This document shows, in pieces, positions 7,497-16,100 of a stretch of 38,294 bases of DNA. This DNA comes from a virus. Its lineage: Duplodnaviria; Caudoviricetes. Numbering within the stretch: the stretch's first letter is position 1; each line of letters opens with the position of its first letter. The stretch lies in IMG/VR virus record IMGVR_UViG_3300044701_003381, positions 1 to 38,294 of that record; one strand, given 5' to 3'. Under the pieces are notes generated by a model that saw nothing but the letters and a program-made list of their open reading frames with translations, was not told the DNA's origin and did not search any database. The position numbers were made by a program, and so were the translations under genes.

Positions 7497-8906
7497 TTAT
7501 GGAGTTCCAAATGGATTTTTTTCACTAAAATCTAAAATCAAATCTGCCTCATCTTCAATTTCAAGATTATTTGCAAATTTATCGCCAGTATTTGAATTAT
7601 TTAGAGACTGAGAATCTGGAAGATTATCTTCACTTATGTTAGTTAGAACATATGATGCTCCAGACTCTTCTCCTATGATGTTCTCACCAACTTTAAATTT
7701 GCCAGTAAGATTTGACACTTCCAATGTTTTTGACGTAACATTCCAATATTTAACCCTAGCAGTAGTATCTGAAATACTTCCCGTAACTATCTCATTAAAA
7801 ACAAAACTTCCACTACCAGAAATAACATCAGGAGGACCGATTTGAATATTGACTGAAGTATATCCAGCACCAGCATTTATAATTTGAATTCCACTTATAG
7901 ATCCATTATTTACTCGTGCAACCGCCGAAGCAGCAGTCGTAGATATTCCAATAAAATTAACATTCGGTGTATTAATATATCCAGATCCAGAATTTGTAAC
8001 CGTTATAACTCCAACTATTCCATTAGCAATAGTAGCAGTTGCTTTAGCATCATATCCGCCACCACCAATAAATGTTATTTGTGGAGGAACTGTATATCCA
8101 GCTCCTGGATTGGTAATTAAAACTCTCTGAACTCTTTTACGACTTGGATCAGATTCGCAAAGATCAACAATGCCGTCAATCATTTCGGCAATTCCTGTTG
8201 CTCTAACTCCTCCAGACGGAGGAATTGAGAACTTGACCTCTGGAGTAGTTGTATATCCTCTTCCTCTATTTGTTACAGTTACTGAGTTTACACCACCATT
8301 AACTATGGAAGTATATGCAGTAGCTGTTTGTCCGGCACCAACAACTGAAAGTGTTTGGATATATCCATAATCTTGAACATTATCATCAATTTCATCAATA
8401 TCGGTGTTAATAACTTCATCTTCGTATCTAAAGAGTTCACAAGTTAATTGATAAACATAATTTTTTTGAAGCTGATAAAATGGTTTTTCATGTTCAACAT
8501 ATTTAATTTCAAACAATCTATCCCCTAAAGGAAAATAAATTAAATCTCCTTCCTTAGGTCTAGAAGTTAATTTTGAATTTGGAAGTTTTTTAATTAAATT
8601 TTGAATATAATTTTCATATCTTTCTTTTGATATTGTCAAGGTTAAATCGTCTAGTTCTTGCACTCCGAATTTTGAAAGTATAGTTCCTTGTCCAGAATAA
8701 CCATCGTAAGACTCTACATATGCCTCAATTGGAAATGCTGCACTAAATTCGGACTCTACTACCTCTTTAATTACTGTTTTTTCATTTACAAATTGTCTAG
8801 GTAAATAATATACATCAATTCCATACATTCTTAATGACTCATTAATCAGGTCTTGCATAAGACCTTGTTCACTCTTTGAACCGTTAAGCAAAAATGGATT
8901 GAGCAT
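7497..8906 (-). CDS. gp14: Neck protein with internal repeat insertion
   Basis: EQ.L.QDLINESLRMYG.DVYYLPR, RPKEGDLIYFPL..RLFEIKYVEHEKPFYQL, and C-terminal ILDFSEKNPFG. Confidence 0.92.
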   Translation of the reverse strand: MLNPFLLNGSKSEQGLMQDLINESLRMYGIDVYYLPRQFVNEKTVIKEVVESEFSAAFPIEAYVESYDGYSGQGTILSKFGVQELDDLTLTISKERYENYIQNLIKKLPNSKLTSRPKEGDLIYFPLGDRLFEIKYVEHEKPFYQLQKNYVYQLTCELFRYEDEVINTDIDEIDDNVQDYGYIQTLSVVGAGQTATAYTSIVNGGVNSVTVTNRGRGYTTTPEVKFSIPPSGGVRATGIAEMIDGIVDLCESDPSRKRVQRVLITNPGAGYTVPPQITFIGGGGYDAKATATIANGIVGVITVTNSGSGYINTPNVNFIGISTTAASAVARVNNGSISGIQIINAGAGYTSVNIQIGPPDVISGSGSFVFNEIVTGSISDTTARVKYWNVTSKTLEVSNLTGKFKVGENIIGEESGASYVLTNISEDNLPDSQSLNNSNTGDKFANNLEIEDEADLILDFSEKNPFGTP

Positions 8907-8910
8907 ATTT

Positions 8911-9744
8911 TTATCCTATCATGTCTAAAGGTGGAAGTTCATATGTTGATGACATTTTATCCATTAAAGAATCAATCTCTCTTTGAGCATCTTCAACAAG
9001 TGTTCTGCCATCCAACTCAACTCCACCTGGAAGTTTAAGTCCTCTAAATTTATTTGAAATATTATAACCCCATTGCCTTTTCATAAGTGCGGTCAAATAT
9101 GGTTTTAAGAATGAATCATTCCAAACTTCACTATAATTATTTGGGTCCATTATTTGATAACAATCAATAATTAACCACTGACCTTCTTTAACAGAATTCC
9201 AATCAATATCCAAATATAACCTATCTTGCCTTTTATTAAATCTAATTTGCTTATTTGTATTTAACAAAAAGTCAATGTCTTCAAGTTTTGTTTTTATCAT
9301 GGAGTATGTAAGAAGTTCTAGATTGCCCCAGTAATAAAAATCATTTAAGAAAAGTTGGTATTTGACACTAAACATTCCACTTGAGATGGAGTTTGCACCT
9401 TCAAACTTGAAAATTTTATTAACTCCAATTACATTTGCAGGTATTGGCAGATAATTGCTATTTTCTTTAAAATCATATTGTGTTTGAATACCATTTATTG
9501 TGTCGTTTGCAGTCGAAGTTGTAATTCCAACTTTACCTTTCCCTCTATTAATATCATCTTCAGTTATTTGGTATTTTAAATAATTCTGAACTACTCCATC
9601 AAAATGTCTTTCATAAAAAAATTGAAGAGCATCATCTACAAGATCATCAATTTGCTCGTCCGCAATGTTTATTTCCAATACGGGATACCCAAGTTTTCTT
9701 AGGCAATAGTCAATTAATCCTTGCCTTGTAGATGGTTTTGCCAT
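8911..9744 (-). CDS. gp13: Neck protein / head-tail adaptor
   Basis: P.TRQ.LIDYCLRKLG.PVLEIN...QIDDLVDDALQFF.ERHFDG and KRQWG.N....GLKLPGGV.LDG motifs. Confidence 0.93.
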   Translation of the reverse strand: MAKPSTRQGLIDYCLRKLGYPVLEINIADEQIDDLVDDALQFFYERHFDGVVQNYLKYQITEDDINRGKGKVGITTSTANDTINGIQTQYDFKENSNYLPIPANVIGVNKIFKFEGANSISSGMFSVKYQLFLNDFYYWGNLELLTYSMIKTKLEDIDFLLNTNKQIRFNKRQDRLYLDIDWNSVKEGQWLIIDCYQIMDPNNYSEVWNDSFLKPYLTALMKRQWGYNISNKFRGLKLPGGVELDGRTLVEDAQREIDSLMDKMSSTYELPPLDMIG

Positions 9745-9920
9745 TAGATTCTAGCCAGATTAGATACTGCTTCTTGTTGACACAGATATAATTTAGCAAA
9801 TGCCTTACACATAGTTTTGGCATCTTCAATATTTTCTATACTATCTATGTCTCTTGATAGTTTTTCATAGGAAAACATCTTTGAAATATCTTCCAGAGTA
9901 ATGTCTTCGGGATTAATCAT
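9744..9920 (-). CDS. 58-aa helical protein, NblA-like (candidate phycobilisome degradation adaptor); not in the ORF track
   Basis: MINPEDITLEDISKMFSYEKLSRDIDSIENIEDAKTMCKAFAKLYLCQQEAVSNLARI*. It fills the gap exactly, with an ATGA overlap upstream and a TAATG overlap with gp13, so the CDS is near-certain. The NblA resemblance is by eye only, and the confidence given is for that product call. Confidence 0.55.
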   Translation of the reverse strand: MINPEDITLEDISKMFSYEKLSRDIDSIENIEDAKTMCKAFAKLYLCQQEAVSNLARI

Positions 9921-10138
9921 TTTAATGCATTTATCAATAGGGATTTAATTTCATTAATATCATTTTTTAATTTCATCAAATCATTTTCAATATTTTGAAT
10001 TTTTTCCACTTCATTTTGCTTAATACTTCTCATTTTAACATAATTTTCATATTCATTGATATTTGTATTAATAATTGATTTCGTAGTCTCATCACGAATC
10101 AAATTTTCATATCCTTTAACTTTACTATATTCCATCAT
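9917..10138 (-). CDS. Small hypothetical protein with C-terminal coiled coil (73 aa)
   Basis: ATGA-coupled to the VrlC-like gene; motif KVKG..NLIRD..T.SIIN; heptads IQNIENDLMKLKNDINEIKSLL. Confidence 0.8.
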   Translation of the reverse strand: MMEYSKVKGYENLIRDETTKSIINTNINEYENYVKMRSIKQNEVEKIQNIENDLMKLKNDINEIKSLLINALK

Positions 10139-13100
10139 GCTAATGCGATTACTCTTAGGTCTCTAAGTTTTGGTGGATAAACCTGAATATTAGAAGAAAC
10201 GGTTATTTTGACACTAAAGTATCTAAATTCTGCCAAATTATCAACACTAAATTCATAATCTTTGAAGTAATTCTCAGTATTACCGTTTCCAAATAATTCA
10301 TTATTTGGAACAAATTTATCCGAAGTTCCATCACTATTATTAATATCAATTATTTCGCCAGAAGTAATTTTATTTAAATATCCTGGGAAAGGATAGTAAA
10401 TAGGATTCTCTGTTGGATCTTTTAGAAGAGCATAGAATGCTCTAATGTCAGCATTTCTGTTAATATATGCAGCAACATAAGTTCTTAGAGAAGTCGCTGG
10501 AACTTCCAGAGAAATTGGTTTTGTTGCATAATAGAATGCAATTGGATCCTTTTGTAAGGTTGAAATTCTTGAATCATTAATATAATCTTCAATAGGTCTG
10601 TTAACTCTATTTGATACCAGAATAGCACCAACTCTATCCAAATCAATTACTGGACTCAATCTATCATTTTCAGTTGTTAAGAAAGTTCTAAGTTCTAGAG
10701 ATTTATTTGCTGGTTGATCTGTAAGGTAAGTAACTTCGTTTATTTTAGAACAAATTAACTTACTAATGCTCATATAATTATCAACATTTAAATCAACTCT
10801 TTCATACCCTTGATCTACGAATGATGGTTCAACTCCGCTAACACTTGTTCCAGAGACTGTTCTCAACTGTGCCGATATACCTGTTTGTGGTGGTATAAAG
10901 GTTTCTACATTTGGTTTAATAATTTCAAATTGAATATTACTAGATGCCTGAACAGAAGACCCTCCAATAGACTTAGTTTCTGAGAAATATAGTGGTTTTA
11001 ATGTAGGATCTGGTCTAGTAGTATCAATATAAAGGAAGTAATAATCAAGACCAATTGAATTTAAAACTGAAGAATCTTGGAGTGTATGAGTTTTATTAAT
11101 TCTTCTCAGTGAAACTCCATTCAATTCATATTTGTAAACTTCTTCACCATCAAAGTGTGGTATAGGTATCCTTATAATTGAACTATCACTACTAGCAACT
11201 TCTCTAGTAATTCCTGTCAATTGATTTCCAGAAACCCCAGTATAACGGATTATTTCTCTATCAATCAAAATATAACCTGGATTTGTTGTACTTACTGGCG
11301 CATTTTCAAAAGTTGTGAATTTTGAAGTTGATGATAAAGTTATTGCTGATACACCCTCAAAGGAAATATCTCCAATTAAAGTTTCGGGATCAATATCAGA
11401 TTTTACATTAGATATCTCAACTAAATTAACCTCAGAATGCATTCCATGGTTTTGGTGATTTACTTTGATGTGTAAACCATCAGTTATTTCTGAAATTTGA
11501 TTAATACTGATTGGGTTTGTTACTCCATTATTAATATTTACATCAACATCAGATGAATTTGTATACATCAAAGTATATCCAATTCCAGTTAGGAAGTTTC
11601 CTTGTACATTATCAATAATAAGTTGATTAAAATCTGTAACATTATCAACAGTCAGTAATAAATTTCTACCAAGAGTTTGATCTCCCAACTGATCAACAGA
11701 TAAAACATCTCCCTTTTGGTATCCGGTTCCTCTTGAAGAAATTGTTACTGCAATAGCAACTCCATCATTAAAAGATCCATCAGGTAAGGTTTCTCTTCCA
11801 ATCGTGATATCTGCAGTAGCTAATCTACCTTCAGAAGAAGAATTTGCTAAAGGTACATTGAAGTAAGTGAATGAGGTTCCATTTGATGGTGTATATCCAA
11901 TTCCACTATTTGTAATAGAAAGACTTGAAATTGATCCAGTTGCACCAACATAATTTCCTGTTGCATTAGTAACGGTTTGAACAATTGTATTGCCCAATGC
12001 AAATGATGCGTCATTAAGAGTTTCTGAAATATCAACCTTTATCTTTCTTGAGAAAATTTCTAAAGGATTATCACTTAATTTTGAGAACTGTTTATTTTTC
12101 TTAGTTAAATCTGAATTGAAGAAGCTTACATTTCCGCTAGTTTGGAATACTGCAGAATGTAGGGTAAACTTAAGATCTTCAAATTGACTTGGAGTCCAAG
12201 TAGATGCATTTTGTGATTTGAATAGAGAACCAATTGTACTGATGTCTGGTTGACTTGCAACAATAGTTCTTCCAGATTCTGGTAGAGATGCAGTAGTAAT
12301 GTCAACTTCGCCCAGTCTAGAAATCCAAACATAATAATTTGTAGAATCAGATTTGATTACAACTGCATGTTCAGTTTCACCTTGTAAATAAACTGGAGCA
12401 TCAAATTGAATTCTTGTTGCAACAGAAGCATCTTCAGAAAGTTTAATATCTTTTGGATCTACAATTACCTGAGAGAATGGATAAATTTCTCCAGTAGGTA
12501 GACCAAGTGACATTGGTCTCAATTCAACAATAACAGGGAGTGATTCATCTTTGGATTGGAAGAACAAATCAATTCCAGTTACAAATCTTCCTTCTTTAGC
12601 ATTAATCGTAAATGATTGTGCTAATGGATCAAGACCAATTGGTGGAATCAAATCTGTAGATGCTGTATTACTCGATTCTTTCCATTTTAGAAGGAAAGCA
12701 CCTGGAGATCCATCTGCGCCAGAACCATCATTGATTCCTCCGCCGCCTCCTCCACCATATGTACCACCTCTTCCACCATCTTCATCTCCACAGTCTGGAA
12801 TTTCACCATCAGTTCCACCGGATCCAGCAAATTTTATACCGTTTCCGCCAGGACCACCTGTAGGAAGCCCACCACAATTATTTGATTTTGAGTGACCACA
12901 GTTACCGCCGCCAATTAGGCCAGCGCCGCCTCCATAACCACCTTTATCATCGTCTCTATCATATCTTCCATCTTCACCGTTTCCGCCGCCGCCGCTATTA
13001 TCTCCACCACTACCTTTAGATGTACTTGAACCTCCTATACCACCTCTAGCAATAATATTTTTACCTAAAACATAACTTGGTTCTCCATCTGTTGCTTTAT

Positions 13101-16100
13101 TGTTGCCAATTGCACCTTTTCCGCCAGCACCAACAACAATTGTTAAAACTTCTCCTGGATTTACTGGAATTGATTTGGAAGATACTCCTCCTCCTCCACC
13201 GCCACCACCAGGCAAACCTGATTTTCCATATCCACCACCACCGCCTGCACCAACTCCAGAAGCTTCAATTGAAGTAACTCCTTTTGGTACAGTAAATGTA
13301 TAAGTTCCCGGAGTTGTGTACAATTTAAATTGTTCAATTTTTGGGGATGATGGTTTTGGACCAGGTGATGGTGAAGGACCAGGTGATGGTGAAGGACCTG
13401 GAGATGGTGAAGGACCTGGAGATGGTGAAGGACCAGGTGATGGTGCAGGTGATGGTGAAGGGCCAGGTGATGGTGAAGGACCAGGTGTTGGTTCTGGTTT
13501 TGGATTTGGATATGGGTCAACTGGTTTGGGTGTTGGAGGAGAAGGAACTTCTACAGGAATGGGATTTGAAAAGTCTGTTGTTGATGTTGGTACAGATTCT
13601 GATAAAGTTCCAACTTGCTTCAGTCTATTCCTAATATAACCATAAGCTTCCTGAGTTGTTTTAATAGTTCCCTTAGCAAAGAAAGATGACTCTGCTAAAC
13701 TGTTTAATAATCCAGGAACGGTTGAATTGCTCTGTAAACTAGATAGTCTAAAGACTTTTTCGCCAGTAGTAAATCTTGGATTACTTGGAACCGCAGGATT
13801 TGGAATGCAAAGAGATGCAATTAATGTTCCAACATTATCTGTGATTAATCTTACAGGTTTAACTCTAGCAGTTGCACCACTAGAATTTCCAATTAAAACC
13901 ATTCCAGCAGAAACATATCCAAAAGATTCTCCAATCGCCTCTTCAGATAATAAGAAAGTATCAATATTCAAAAATTCTGATGCTTCAGAATAACTTGATG
14001 GTACATTTTGAGTTCTATCATATGGATTATAGAAGTAAACTGCAGTTGGAGAGTCATATCTACCTTCCCTATGATTTGGTTGGCAAAGACGGAATCTGAT
14101 ATTTGGACTTCCTGCAGCATCTACAGATCTTAGTGTTCGAACAGTCTCTCCAATTCGGAAAGAACCTGATAGCATTTCAATTTCCAATAGTTTTGGAACC
14201 ATAAATGAATCTACACTTTGTCCATCAAAGAATGCATACATTTGTGTGTATGGTTTCAATTTCTTGGATACAATTTCGATATTTCTTGATCTGCAGTAAG
14301 TGGCAATATCAATACTAACTAAATTTGTTCCATAAGATACTGGAGTATCTGAGAATGTAATTCTATTTGTTTGACCTACTCTAGACTTATATCCTTCTTT
14401 ATCTGTTGCATAGATAACGTCTTGATACCACTTTCCATCCTTTTCGTATTTTGGACCTCTTGAAACTTCTCTTGGTGCTGATAAATCTGTCCAAGAAGTT
14501 TCCCAAGCACCAAATATAACTGGACACCATCCAGAGTTTGGATCTGGAATCTCATCCAATACCACATCAACAGATTGAGTTTCTCCTTCACTAACGCCTA
14601 AATTAATTGGATCGAGAACAACTGGGTCTAACCAAATATCTGAACCAGGATTAAGAGATGCAATCCCGCCATAGAAGGTAACTAGGTATGGAGTTACATT
14701 TTCAACTCTAGTCGCATATGGTTGAGTAATTTCTGCAGTTTCAGTATAATCAAGAGTTAATATTCCTTTTCCAACAGGTCCAACAGACTTTTTAACATTT
14801 TCACCAATAATAGATTGGTTTGATTTGTAATCAAAATCTTCATCATTAAAGTTTATATTTCCTCTTGAATTTGTATGCCCTAAAATTAAATCAATTGATG
14901 TTGTATATACTGATGGTCTTAACTGTGAGTTTTCTACATCAATAGCATTTTTAGCAATTGTAGAAGATTTTTGAGAAATTAATGTTGTAAAGTTGTCAAC
15001 AAAAAATCCAGATTTAAATCTATCAAGACCATTTGAATCTTTAATAGTAAAGTTAGCTGTTTCTTTTTCCAATAAAGAAAGTGTTGTATAATATTCAAGA
15101 TTTTTAATTCTATCTTCCAACTTTTTAATATCGGACATTCTATATCTCTTATGTTGAGATAGATTAATTCCTACCTCATCATTAGTACAAAAATATGCAG
15201 GAAGAGTAATCGTTGCAATATCTAAAGATTCTGAAAGATTTAATGGTGCTTGTGGGTTTTCTGCAGAGTCACCAATCATCAATTCAAATTTACCATCTTT
15301 AGAAAGAACGATTTTATCGATTCTAGGAAGATAATATGAAAAATCTAAGATAATGTCTTCATCTGAAGCTAAGATTGGTGTGTTTTGATTATCTACATTG
15401 ACAAACTTAGGTACACCAATAGTGTTTAATGATTCAAATGGTGATCTTGAATTTTCAGATACTGTATATGGAGAAACTCTAGGTCTTAAATCTAGAATAT
15501 TATAATTTTTTATTCCATCAAAAGATGGAATATCACAATAGTCAAATTGTGAATATGAATCAACAGAGAAGAAACTTCCTTCATCGGCAGAATTTATCGA
15601 AGTTGATTCAAAAACAATTTTTAATTTCTTGAGAGGTTCTCTAGACCTATCTCTTCTTGTTATTTTTGCATAGTCATAAAAAGTACTCTTTTGTCCATTA
15701 TTGAACACAAAATCTTTAGTAATATCCTTACAATTTCCTCTGTTTAGGGAAGATATTGTTGAAGTTACATTTGATTCTTTAAATACAACTCCTTCTCCAG
15801 AAATGAAATTTGAAGAATTTAAACTAATATAACTTACAGAATCGACACTAGTTCTTTCTACTAAAATTGCAACACAATTACTTTCTTTTCCAACAATTTC
15901 TTCACCCAATATTAAATTGGATGTCGTAAGAGTATTTAAATTCAATGTAATAGACTGAAGTTCTGGTGTACCAACACTTGATGTTTCATAAACTCCCAAT
16001 AATTTCGTAACATCTGGATATCTTAGACAAATATCTTCATCATGAACTCTTGTTCCGTATGGATAATTTCCAAATTGTAACCCATCGTTTAGGGTAGTTT

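Noticed and set aside
12551-13303. Pro-rich plus-strand ORFs 12551..12895 and 13100..13303
   Set aside because: Antisense reading of the GGN codons of the glycine-rich domain.
13358-13487. Possible CRISPR-like array
   Set aside because: The units are contiguous with no spacers, are in frame within a CDS, and vary mainly at synonymous positions.
13161-13639. His-rich alternate-frame ORF 13161..13520 and plus-strand repeat ORFs 13316..13639 and 13341..13634
   Set aside because: By-products of the 18-bp PGPSPS repeat, which lacks stops in several frames; non-ATG starts, and they lie wholly inside the VrlC-like gene.
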